In this document: in pieces, positions 1 through 8,543 of the stretch
Position numbering within the stretch: position 1 is the stretch's first letter
How the letters are laid out: every line of letters begins with the position of its first letter
Assembly (NCBI GenBank): GCA_947652665.1
Contig: CANTDZ010000001.1
Span: forward strand, 67-64,066
Direction of reading: 5' to 3'
DNA length: 64,000 nt
DNA from: an uncultured Clostridia bacterium
GTDB taxonomy: Bacteria; Bacillota; Clostridia; Oscillospirales; Acutalibacteraceae
Notes under the pieces: generated by a model
What the model was told of the DNA's origin: nothing
The model's input: only the letters and a program-made list of their open reading frames with translations
The model's database searches: none
Program-made: the position numbers and the translations under genes

Positions 1-1049
1 CGAAAAATCTGCGCTGGTTTCATACTCGCCTTGGCAAAATTCTTCGATAAGCTCCTTGGCACGGTCAAGAGGAGAAGCGCTTTCCATAACGGCTTCGGAT
101 GCCTGCTCTCCATAATTTCTTTGTCTTCGGCCGACAAAAAGGCATACCCAGCGGAAATCGCCGCACTTGGTGTAGCAGTCCAGGGCGTTTTTGTAATCGT
201 CATGCAGCTCATAATAAAGAGCCGGCGCTGTTCTTCGGCGCTGTAGTCCCGGTCCTGCTGCCAGAGCAGGAATTGACGGAACAACGGCCAGAACCGGCAT
301 CTCCGCAGGCTGTCGAAATGAAACATGGTAGTGTCCTGCTGCAGCTCTCCCAGAATCTCCCCGGCACAGCTGTTGCCTGAGAGGATACGGGCAAACTCTA
401 CATCCAAAGGCTCGAAAGGGGCCAGGTCTAAGAGCAGACGCCGGGCCGCCGGTTCCAGCCGCTGATACACAGCCGTTTGAAAATGGGCGAACAATTCCCG
501 GCGCACATCGGCGTCCATCGTGTTGTCAAAGGGCCTGCCATCGCGCATTTCGTGAGCCAGCAGGCTCATGGCCAGCGGGTAGCCCTTGCTGCGCTCCAGA
601 AGGACCGCCGCAGACGTGGGCGTGACACCAAAAAACTCCAGCAGCTTCTCAGCGGCTTCCTGGTCCAGCATCAAATCCTGCGCCTCAAAGACTTCCATGC
701 GCGGCTCAAACTGGAAAGGCATCAGCCAGCCGGGGACGGCCCCGCGCGTCAGGAGCACAAAATGCACCTCCGGATGCCGGCGGATGGTGCCGCACAGTTC
801 TTGCTGGGCATCCGGGCTTTTGAGAGCCTGCAAGTTGTCCAGAAGCACGGCTTCGCCTCGGATTTCGCGCTCTGGCTGGTTAGCTTCCAAGGCGTCCCAG
901 CGGCAGATTGCGCGCCCTTCCAGCAGGGCCAGGGCGGTGGTCGTTTTGCCAAAGCCACAGGGGGCGCTGAACAGAATCACTTGCCGCTGTTTCCAGGCGG
1001 CACTAAATTTTTCTCGTAACGCAGTCGTTACCACGATGTTTTTGTCCAT
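1..1049 (-). pseudogene. MalT-like/LuxR-family ATP-dependent transcriptional regulator, N-terminal part; apparently frameshifted and truncated, runs off the left edge
   Basis: Manual translation from ATG 1049 gives MDKNIVVTTALREKFSAAWKQRQVILFSAPCGFGKTT (Walker A) ... KGYPLAM ... FWPLFRQFLLWQ. The family-typical continuation YYELHDDYKNALDCYTKCGD lies in a different frame after about position 216. Absent from the ORF track because no stop falls inside the window. Confidence 0.65.
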
Positions 1050-1277
1050 TTTACCCCATTCTCACCGTTTTTTTGAGTACTTCTCCAAATATATGGATGT
1101 TATTATTTTACCACAGGCGGCCTTTAGTTGTAATCAGCCGAAAGTATGAGCAGAGGGTATTTTTCTGGATTTTCTGTGTTTTATATAAAATTATCTGAAA
1201 ATAAGCCCACCGCCTTGGCGAACCTGTATATCGCGCTCCGTTTTTCCCATCCAGACCTCCCCGCACGAAAGTCCTTC

Positions 1278-1306
1278 TTGAAATTTCCGGCCAAGTGAAG
1301 TACAAT
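1278..1306 (+). promoter_or_regulatory. sigmaA-type promoter of the tlpA module
   Basis: TTGAAA-17 nt-TACAAT, followed by RBS AAGGAGG before ATG 1335. Confidence 0.65.
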
Positions 1307-1334
1307 AGCTTTAACACCATCAAGGAGGGGCTCT

Positions 1335-1874
1335 ATGAAACAAAAGTGTTTTGCCGCGCTCCTATCCGTCTTCATGCTGTTGGGGCTGGCTTCCTGCGCA
1401 CAGGAAGCCGGAGGCAGCGGGATAGGGGATTTCAAGACCGTCACCGTTACCGGGGAGGAAATCGACCAGTCCATCTTCTCCGACGCGGAGCTGACCATGA
1501 TAAACGTTTGGGCAACCTGGTGCGGCCCTTGCATTCGGGAACTTCCCGACCTGGGCGTGCTCTCGGACGAGCTGGCTGGAACCGGGGCACAGATCATTGG
1601 CATCGTACACGATACCGCCGATGAAAATGGCAGCGTGGACGAAACGGCCCGGGGAGTGGCGGAAATCATCCTGGAACGCACCGGCGTAGCCTATCCCTGC
1701 CTGATACCGGACAGCCATTTGGCCGGAGGGCTGCTGCAGGAGATCACCGCCTTCCCCACCACGTGGTTTGTAGACTCCAAGGGCAGCTTGGTGGGCGAGC
1801 CCGTGGTCGGCGCCCACTCCAAGGAAGAATGGGAAAGCGTGATCCAGGAGCGCCTGGCGGAGGCAGCGCCATGA
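1335..1874 (+). CDS. TlpA-family thioredoxin-like disulfide reductase, lipoprotein
   Basis: Lipobox LASC, INVWATWCGPC active site, cis-Pro motif AFPTT. Confidence 0.9.
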   Translation: MKQKCFAALLSVFMLLGLASCAQEAGGSGIGDFKTVTVTGEEIDQSIFSDAELTMINVWATWCGPCIRELPDLGVLSDELAGTGAQIIGIVHDTADENGSVDETARGVAEIILERTGVAYPCLIPDSHLAGGLLQEITAFPTTWFVDSKGSLVGEPVVGAHSKEEWESVIQERLAEAAP

Positions 1875-2017
1875 TAAAGCGAAAAGAAGCCGCGCTCCCC
1901 TTGCTGCTGGTTTTGTTGGGGATCGCCTGTATGCTGGCAGGCGTGTATCGGGGAGAACTGAAAATCCTGTTTGCGAAAGCAGTCAACATTTGTTTGGAGT
2001 GTATCGGCATTGGATAA
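1871..2017 (+). CDS. 48-aa CD1871A-like CxxC-motif membrane microprotein
   Basis: MIKRKEAALPLLLVLLGIACMLAGVYRGELKILFAKAVNICLECIGIG; ATGA overlap with the tlpA stop; C-terminal ICLECIGIG signature. Confidence 0.8.
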   Translation: MIKRKEAALPLLLVLLGIACMLAGVYRGELKILFAKAVNICLECIGIG

Positions 2018-2894
2018 GAAAAAAAGGGTTCTGCACAGGCGCACCGGCGTACAGGCAGTGTGGACATTCTTGTCGAACTGCTACGCGGTGGGCTTTGTGG
2101 AAGGGAAAATCTACACCGGCCCGCTGAAAAAAATCTGCTTCCCGGGCCTGAATTGCTATTCCTGCCCCGGCGCGGTGGGCTCCTGCCCGATCGGCTCTTT
2201 GCAGGCGGTCATGGGCAGCTGGAAGTTTCATGCCAGCCTCTATGTGGGCGGCTTTCTGATGGTTGTCGGCGCGGTTTTGGGCCGGTTTGTCTGCGGATGG
2301 CTGTGCCCGTTCGGGCTGGTGCAGGATCTGTGCCACAAGGTGCCGTTTTTGAAGAAAATCAAGCACTTCCCCGGCGACCGGGTGCTACGCTATTTGAAAT
2401 ATGGGATCTTGGCGGTTTTTGTCCTCCTCATGCCCTTATTCGTGGTAGACATGGTCGGGCAGGGCAGCCCGGCTTTCTGCCAGTATATCTGCCCTGCCGG
2501 GACGCTGTCCGGCGGCATCCCGTTGGTACTGGGAAATGCGGGGCTGCGGGGGGCAATAGGCTTCCTGTTCCAGTGGAAGATGGCTATCTTAGCGGCCACT
2601 TTGCTGGCAGCCGTGATCGTTTACCGGCCTTTCTGCAAGTACCTCTGCCCGTTGGGCGCTGTTTACGCCTTGTTCAATCGGGCCTCGCTGTACCGGCTGC
2701 GGGTGGACACGGACAAATGCATACACTGCGGCGCCTGTTCCAAAGCCTGCAAAATGGGGGTCGACCCCGTAAAGGCACCGGGCAGCCCCGAGTGCATCCG
2801 CTGCGGGGACTGCGCCAAAGCCTGCCCAAAGGATGCCATTCAAATAGGTTTTACAGCGTCAAAAGGCTGTACTGCCCAACAAAAAAGGCCATAG
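2010..2894 (+). CDS. Membrane 4Fe-4S binding protein (NapH/YccM-like polyferredoxin)
   Basis: NCYSCP, CGWLCPFG, CQYICPAG, CKYLCPLG and two CxxCxxCxxxC ferredoxin motifs; probable TTG start at 2010 (ORF track start 1971). Confidence 0.88.
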   Translation: MDKKKRVLHRRTGVQAVWTFLSNCYAVGFVEGKIYTGPLKKICFPGLNCYSCPGAVGSCPIGSLQAVMGSWKFHASLYVGGFLMVVGAVLGRFVCGWLCPFGLVQDLCHKVPFLKKIKHFPGDRVLRYLKYGILAVFVLLMPLFVVDMVGQGSPAFCQYICPAGTLSGGIPLVLGNAGLRGAIGFLFQWKMAILAATLLAAVIVYRPFCKYLCPLGAVYALFNRASLYRLRVDTDKCIHCGACSKACKMGVDPVKAPGSPECIRCGDCAKACPKDAIQIGFTASKGCTAQQKRP

Positions 2895-2911
2895 CGCAAG
2901 CTACGGCCTTT
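2884..2911. terminator. Bidirectional intrinsic terminator between the convergent 4Fe-4S gene and deoC
   Basis: AAAGGCC-ATAGC-GCAA-GCTAC-GGCCTTT hairpin flanked by A and T runs. Confidence 0.6.
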
Positions 2912-2933
2912 GCTTTTTGCTTATGGGGCCTGT

Positions 2934-3614
2934 TTATTTAAGCCCTTCCACGATTTCGATCCCCTTGCTGGTCCCGATCCTCTCGGCCCCAGCCTCTATC
3001 ATTTCCAGTGCCGCCTGGACTGAACGGATGCCGCCAGACGCTTTGACCTTCAATTCGCCGCCGACCATGGACTTCATTAAACGCACATCTTCCACCGTAG
3101 CGCCGCCCGTGCCAAAGCCCGTAGACGTCTTGATGAAGGTGGGGCGGGCTTTCAGGGCCACCTCGCACAGATGCTTCTTCTCGTCATCGGTGAGGAAGCA
3201 GTTTTCAAAAATGACCTTGCTGACGATGCCGTGCTCCTCGCAAACCGCCACAATGCGCTTCATTTCTTCCTCGATATAGTCCCAATGGCCGCTCTTGGCC
3301 TCCACGATATTGCAAACATAATCCACTTCGCCCGCGCCTTTTTCGATCACGTCCCGGGTCTCGAACACCTTCGTCTCGATAGTGCTCTGGCCGAAGGGGA
3401 ATCCCACCGTCGCGTCGCACACGATGCCGGAGCCCTCCAGCACTTTGTTCAGGAAAGGCACGACCGCACTGTTTACGGCTAAGCTCTTGAAGCGGTATGG
3501 ACGGGCGGCCTTTGCAAAGGCTTCCAGCTCCGCCAGGGTGGCGTGGTTGCTCAGGTTGGTCTGGTCGATCATACCGGCCAGCACTTCCGGGGTCAGGGTC
3601 TTCATGTCAATCAT
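2934..3614 (-). CDS. deoC: Deoxyribose-phosphate aldolase
   Basis: IDQTNL, VGFPFG, KVIFEN, FIKTSTGF (Schiff-base Lys), VKASGGIRS, RIGTS. Confidence 0.92.
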   Translation of the reverse strand: MIDMKTLTPEVLAGMIDQTNLSNHATLAELEAFAKAARPYRFKSLAVNSAVVPFLNKVLEGSGIVCDATVGFPFGQSTIETKVFETRDVIEKGAGEVDYVCNIVEAKSGHWDYIEEEMKRIVAVCEEHGIVSKVIFENCFLTDDEKKHLCEVALKARPTFIKTSTGFGTGGATVEDVRLMKSMVGGELKVKASGGIRSVQAALEMIEAGAERIGTSKGIEIVEGLK

Positions 3615-3628
3615 GATCGTTCCTCCTA

Positions 3629-4867
3629 TTATTCGTTTTTATTTTTCTTCTCTGGTACCTCGATATAATCGGTATGATACTTCACATCCACAAGGTTCCC
3701 GATGTCATTGTAGATGCGGGTGGTGGTCTGAACCTCTTGGTACTTCCCTTTGGACTTGTCCATCCCTGCCGCCACAAGGATAAGAAGCGCAATAAACAGG
3801 ATTGCCAGAATCAGCTCCATAATCTGACCCAGCGACTGCAGGATAACAAACGCGATCAGGGAGAGCCACAGCGTATGGCAGAAGCCAAAGAGCAGCGAGC
3901 CCAGCAGGTAAACAACCGGGTTTTCCAAATCGCCCAGGGCCATACAGAACAGTAAGACTACAAACCCCACCGTCCCTACTCCGGCTACCACGGCCGGAAT
4001 CCAGAACCCCATGCCGTCGGCCGGTATCTGGAAGGGGATATAGCCAAAAGAGATCGTGGACAAGATATCCGGATGGCCGCGCCCCCAGAGCATCAGGGCC
4101 AGCGCCGCAGCAAACACGAAAAATCCCGTGGTGAGCAGCATGGCGCCCCCTTCTATCAGGAAGACCTTGTCTTCGCCTTTTCTGGCAAGGCGGTGCAGTA
4201 TATAAGCAGCCACAAGCGACGCCGCAAAAAGCAGCCAGCGAAGCCAAGTGGGCATGAGCCAACCTTTGCCCATATCCTGGAACTCAATATCCGACAGCGC
4301 GCGGTTTTTCACATACACGTACAGGTAGAGCGTCTCATCTGTAAGGCCGCCGATTGTCTGCCGCCCTTCCCAGGCCCTTGCCCCGTCTACCTCCAGCATG
4401 GCCTTCACCATTTTTCCGCTCCGGGTGAAGCTCAGTGCCATGTCGGCAGACTCTACGTCTTCGATGCTGTCATAAGGCGCCAGCATCGTCCAGTTGGCCC
4501 GGAAGCCGTTAGAGGAATCCCAGCACTCCTCCTCGGGGATTCCTTGGGCATGATCGGCAAAAAAAGGATGCTTAGCCCGGGCGTCCCCGACCCGCACGGT
4601 GCACCAATTGTCCGCCTGGTCAAAGGACTCGGCCTCTTTATCAAAAAAAGCAAGGTTTATTTCCATATCGTCCCACGATGCAGGCTTTTCGGTATGAAAG
4701 CGGTAAACCACCGTCTGGCTTTCGCCAATGGAACGGGTCAGCGTGCGTGTGTCCGTATCGGGTTCCCGCACCGGCTCCTGGGGCTGTACATCTTGTTGGC
4801 TGGAGCAGCCGGACAGCAGGAGGAGCGTGGTCAAAATAAGGAACAAGGCAGCAAATCTCTTTTTCAT
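3629..4867 (-). CDS. Hypothetical lipoprotein with an extracellular domain plus a multi-pass membrane C-terminal half
   Basis: Lipobox LSGC, roughly 180-aa hydrophilic beta-rich region, about 6 hydrophobic segments; RBS GAGGAGG. Confidence 0.75.
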   Translation of the reverse strand: MKKRFAALFLILTTLLLLSGCSSQQDVQPQEPVREPDTDTRTLTRSIGESQTVVYRFHTEKPASWDDMEINLAFFDKEAESFDQADNWCTVRVGDARAKHPFFADHAQGIPEEECWDSSNGFRANWTMLAPYDSIEDVESADMALSFTRSGKMVKAMLEVDGARAWEGRQTIGGLTDETLYLYVYVKNRALSDIEFQDMGKGWLMPTWLRWLLFAASLVAAYILHRLARKGEDKVFLIEGGAMLLTTGFFVFAAALALMLWGRGHPDILSTISFGYIPFQIPADGMGFWIPAVVAGVGTVGFVVLLFCMALGDLENPVVYLLGSLLFGFCHTLWLSLIAFVILQSLGQIMELILAILFIALLILVAAGMDKSKGKYQEVQTTTRIYNDIGNLVDVKYHTDYIEVPEKKNKNE

Positions 4868-4938
4868 CCTCTTCTACCTCCTCTGCATGATTCTACCATA
4901 CTTCATGGTGGAAAGTCAATTTTTCTCCGAAAATCCAT

Positions 4939-4979
4939 AAAAAGGAGCCGTCCCAGCCACAGAAAGCCAGGACGGTTCC
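4939..4979 (-). terminator. arg operon intrinsic terminator
   Basis: GGAACCGTCC...GGACGGCTCC stem followed by TTTTT on the minus strand, just after the argF stop. Confidence 0.65.
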
Positions 4980-4993
4980 CCATTTTAAAAACT

Positions 4994-5899
4994 TTATTCC
5001 CCCATCGTCTTAACCAGCACGGCCTTTTGTGCATGCAGCCGGTTTTCCGCTTCCTCAAAAATATACTTCGCGTGGGCCTCGAACACCTCTGCGCTGATCT
5101 CCTCCCCCCTATGGGCCGGCAGGCAGTGCTGCACCATGGCATCCTCCTTGGCCTGGGCCATCAGCTTCTCATCAATGCAGTACCCGGCAAAGGCGGCCTC
5201 GCGCTTCTGACGCTCCTCCTCCTGGCCCATGGACGTCCACACATCGGTAATCACCACGTCCGCATCCTTGGCGGCGGTCATGGGGTCGTCGGTCAGCTCA
5301 AAGCAATCGTAGCCTTTGGCGAAATCCAAGATTTCCTGGGGTGGCCGGTAGCCCTCGGGGCAGGCCACGGACACCGCCATGCCCACCTTGAGCCCGCCGA
5401 CGATCAGCGAATTCATCATGTTGTTGCCATCGCCGATGAAGCACATTTTCAGCCCCTCCAGCGTACCCTTGAACTCCCGCACGGTCATCAAATCCGCCAG
5501 CACCTGGCAGGGGTGGCAGAAATCCGTCAGCCCGTTAATGACCGGCACGCTGCCGTACTCGGCCAGGGCCTCCACCTCGTCCTGCCCAAAGGTGCGGATC
5601 ATAATGCCGTCCACATACCGCGACAGCACCCGGGCGGTGTCCTGCACCGGCTCCCCGCGGCCAATCTGCGAACCGTCACTGGACAGCACCACAGCGTACC
5701 CGCCCAGCTGGTTGATGCCCACCTCAAAGGACACGCGCGTCCGGGTAGACGACTTCTCAAAGATCATGCCCAGGCACTTGCCCTTCAAACGGTGGTGCTC
5801 GATGCCGTGCTTGGTCTCATACTTGAGCTGGTCGGCCAGATTTAAGACTTCGATAATCTCTTCGCCGCTCATGTCCAGCAATTTCAATAAATGTTTCAT
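4994..5899 (-). CDS. argF: Ornithine carbamoyltransferase
   Basis: STRTRVSFE, HPCQVLAD, DVWTSMG, HCLPAHRG. Confidence 0.97.
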   Translation of the reverse strand: MKHLLKLLDMSGEEIIEVLNLADQLKYETKHGIEHHRLKGKCLGMIFEKSSTRTRVSFEVGINQLGGYAVVLSSDGSQIGRGEPVQDTARVLSRYVDGIMIRTFGQDEVEALAEYGSVPVINGLTDFCHPCQVLADLMTVREFKGTLEGLKMCFIGDGNNMMNSLIVGGLKVGMAVSVACPEGYRPPQEILDFAKGYDCFELTDDPMTAAKDADVVITDVWTSMGQEEERQKREAAFAGYCIDEKLMAQAKEDAMVQHCLPAHRGEEISAEVFEAHAKYIFEEAENRLHAQKAVLVKTMGE

Positions 5900-5920
5900 A
5901 AAAAGCCCTCACTTTTATTT

Positions 5921-7081
5921 TTATAATACACTGGCAAAGATTGCGAGCCCTGCGTCTATATCTTCTTTTGTAATGGTCAGCGGCGGCAGGAACCGCACCA
6001 GGTCCTTCGCCGTCAGCACCAGCAGGCCCTTCTCGGCGCACTGGACCATCACGTCATGGGCATCCCCGCTTTTCAGCTTGATCCCCAGCATCAGCCCCCG
6101 GCCCCGCACGGCCTCCACCTGGGGCAGGGCCGTAAGCTTTTCCGCAAAATATTCGCCCTTCTTTTTGACTTCGGCTAAAAAGGCCGGGTCGTTCACGCGC
6201 TTTACGATTTCATTGGCCCCTGCGCACACCACTGGGTTGCCGCCAAAAGTGGACCCTTGCTGGCCGGGCTTCAGGATGTCCCGCAGGTGCTCTGCCACCA
6301 GGCACGCTCCGATGGGCAGGCCGCCGCCCAGTCCTTTCGCGGTGGTGACCACGTCCGGGGCGATGCCCCACTGCTGGTAGCTGTAAAAATACCCCGTGCG
6401 GCCTACGCCGGTCTGTACCTCGTCCAGCATGAAGAGCACATCTTTTTCTTTGCACAGCGCCTGCACCTGCTGCAAATATTCCCCGTCCATGGGCACGACG
6501 CCGCCTTCGCCCTGCACAGTCTCCAACAGCACGGCGCAGATGGAGCCGTCCAGCATCCCCTTCAGGGCTTCCAAATCGTTGGCCGGGGCGTGGACGAAGC
6601 CCGGGTTCAAGGGCAGGAAGTCTTTATGGAAAACGTCCTGGCCGGTAGCGGATAGGGTCGCCAAGGTGCGGCCGTGGAAAGAATCCGTGAGGGTCAGGAT
6701 AGTGCTGGCCCCGCGTTTCTCCCCGTACTTGCGGGCGACTTTGATAGCGCACTCGTTGGCCTCCGCGCCAGAGTTGCAGAAAAACGCCTGGGCCATGCCT
6801 GCCGCTTTACACAGGGACTCCGCCAGCGCAATGTTCTGGGGGCTGTGATAGTAGTTACTCATGTGCTGGATTTCCCCCGCCTGACGGGCCACGGCTTCGG
6901 CCCAGCCCGGGTCGCTGAAGCCCAAGGCGTTCACGCCGATGCCCGAGGTAAAGTCGATGTATTCTTTGCCGTCCACGTCCCAGGCACGGGCGTTTTTGCC
7001 CTTCACCAGGGCGGCGTCCACTCGTCCGTAGGTGTGGAGGATGTATTGCTGGTCTTGCTCCTTTATCTGCTGGAATGTCAT
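5921..7081 (-). CDS. argD: Acetylornithine aminotransferase
   Basis: NSGAEANE, SFHGRT, DEVQTGVGRTG, AKGLGGG (PLP Lys), STFGGNP; start MTFQQIKE; operon context. Confidence 0.93.
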   Translation of the reverse strand: MTFQQIKEQDQQYILHTYGRVDAALVKGKNARAWDVDGKEYIDFTSGIGVNALGFSDPGWAEAVARQAGEIQHMSNYYHSPQNIALAESLCKAAGMAQAFFCNSGAEANECAIKVARKYGEKRGASTILTLTDSFHGRTLATLSATGQDVFHKDFLPLNPGFVHAPANDLEALKGMLDGSICAVLLETVQGEGGVVPMDGEYLQQVQALCKEKDVLFMLDEVQTGVGRTGYFYSYQQWGIAPDVVTTAKGLGGGLPIGACLVAEHLRDILKPGQQGSTFGGNPVVCAGANEIVKRVNDPAFLAEVKKKGEYFAEKLTALPQVEAVRGRGLMLGIKLKSGDAHDVMVQCAEKGLLVLTAKDLVRFLPPLTITKEDIDAGLAIFASVL

Positions 7082-7106
7082 ATGCGACCCCTTCTTTTCA
7101 GTAAAA

Positions 7107-7958
7107 TCAGTAAAACATAGTGCCGATGCCTTCATCGGTAAAGAGCTCGATGAGGATGGAGTGCGGGATGCGCCCGTCAATGATGTGGGTGCGGCCCACG
7201 CCCCGGCGCACGGCGTCCACGCAGCAGTCGATTTTGGGAATCATGCCGCCGCTGATGACGCCTTCTTTTTTCAGGCGGCTCACATCGCTGACGTTCACCA
7301 CCGGGATGATGGTGCTCTCGTCGTCCTTGTCCCGCAGAAGGCCCCGCACATCTGTCATTAAGATGAGCTTCTTGGCCCCCAGCTCGGCGGCAATGCGCGA
7401 CGCGGCTACGTCGGCGTTGATGTTGTACACCTCGCCGTGGTACCCCGCCGCCACGGTGGAGACCACGGGAACGTAGCCGTTCTGCGTCGCGTTGTGGATG
7501 ATTTCGGCGTGGACCTCCCGTATCTCGCCCACCAGGCCCAAATCTTCCTCCAGCTGGTCGGCTTTCAGCAGCGAGCCGTCCAGGCCGCACAGGCCGATGG
7601 CCTTGCCCCCTGCCATCTCCAAAAGCTGCACCAAATCCTTATTGACCTTCCCGGCCAGCACCTGCTGCACGATGTCCATGGTCTCCTGGTCGGTGTAGCG
7701 CATACCCCGCACAAACTGGCTTTCCTTGCCGATTTTTTTCAGCATCGTGTTGATTTCCGGCCCGCCGCCGTGCACCACCACTACATTGATGCCCACCAGC
7801 TGCATCAGGACGATATCGCTCATGACGGCGCTTTTCAGCTCGTCGTTCAGCATAGCGTTGCCGCCATATTTGACCACTACGGTTTCCCCGGCGTAGCGCT
7901 TGATGTAAGGCAGGGCCTGTACCAGGATGGTAGCCCGTTCCGTGTTTGTTATGTTCAT
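7107..7958 (-). CDS. argB: Acetylglutamate kinase
   Basis: VVKYGGNAM, VHGGGPEI, NINAD, GGMIPK. Confidence 0.96.
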   Translation of the reverse strand: MNITNTERATILVQALPYIKRYAGETVVVKYGGNAMLNDELKSAVMSDIVLMQLVGINVVVVHGGGPEINTMLKKIGKESQFVRGMRYTDQETMDIVQQVLAGKVNKDLVQLLEMAGGKAIGLCGLDGSLLKADQLEEDLGLVGEIREVHAEIIHNATQNGYVPVVSTVAAGYHGEVYNINADVAASRIAAELGAKKLILMTDVRGLLRDKDDESTIIPVVNVSDVSRLKKEGVISGGMIPKIDCCVDAVRRGVGRTHIIDGRIPHSILIELFTDEGIGTMFY

Positions 7959-7971
7959 TTTCTTTCCCCCT

Positions 7972-8325
7972 CTATCCGTTCGTCTTGACCTGCTTTATAT
8001 AATCCATCATGGCAAAAAATGCGGCAACATACATCACGCAGTAAAACACCAGTATCAGCCCTCCGCTAAGGAGCCCGGCCCCCAGCAGCCGCCGGGGCAG
8101 CTTGTTCACACCCAAGGCCTTGCCGGGCAGGAAGAACAGGATGCCCAAAAGCAGCATCACTGCCGTAAAAACCACCAGCCCAAATTGGTTCAGCAGCCAG
8201 TCCAGGGACACCAGCGCCGCTATCAGGCAGACCAGGAAGTCCACCAAAAGCAGCCCGCCCAGCAGGAAGCTCATGCCCTGCCACAGGGTACGCGCCCCTT
8301 CCTTTACCTTATCGGGAACCTTCAT
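7972..8325 (-). CDS. Hypothetical membrane protein (117 aa, about 3 TM) inside the arg operon
   Basis: RBS GAAAGGAG before MKVPDKVKEG; hydrophobic segments; short gaps to neighbours. Confidence 0.65.
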   Translation of the reverse strand: MKVPDKVKEGARTLWQGMSFLLGGLLLVDFLVCLIAALVSLDWLLNQFGLVVFTAVMLLLGILFFLPGKALGVNKLPRRLLGAGLLSGGLILVFYCVMYVAAFFAMMDYIKQVKTNG

Positions 8326-8345
8326 GTGCGCTCCTTTCTGGCGTA

Positions 8346-8543
8346 TCACTGCACGCCCAGCAGTCCGTAAATGAACAGTACCACGCCCATCAGCACCCAG
8401 CACCCGCCTATAAATCTCAGCCCAAAAAGGGCGCGCTGCTGGTGCTTTTCCTGCATCCGCCTTTTCCAACGGGCGGCAAAGACCAAAAGCCCCACGCCTA
8501 CGGCTACCACCGGAAAGGCCATGAATAGATAAAAGGGCGTCAC
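8346..8543 (-). CDS. Small two-TM hypothetical protein (65 aa) inside the arg operon
   Basis: GTGA overlap with the argJ stop; two hydrophobic helices joined by a basic loop. Confidence 0.55.
   Translation of the reverse strand: MTPFYLFMAFPVVAVGVGLLVFAARWKRRMQEKHQQRALFGLRFIGGCWVLMGVVLFIYGLLGVQ

Noticed and set aside
1335-2894. Possible selenoproteins in the redox module
   Set aside because: All CxxC motifs use Cys codons and there is no in-frame TGA at catalytic positions.
4073-5845. 590-aa plus-strand ORF
   Set aside because: Antisense shadow of argF and the lipoprotein gene. No motifs, and long antisense ORFs are expected in GC-rich coding DNA.
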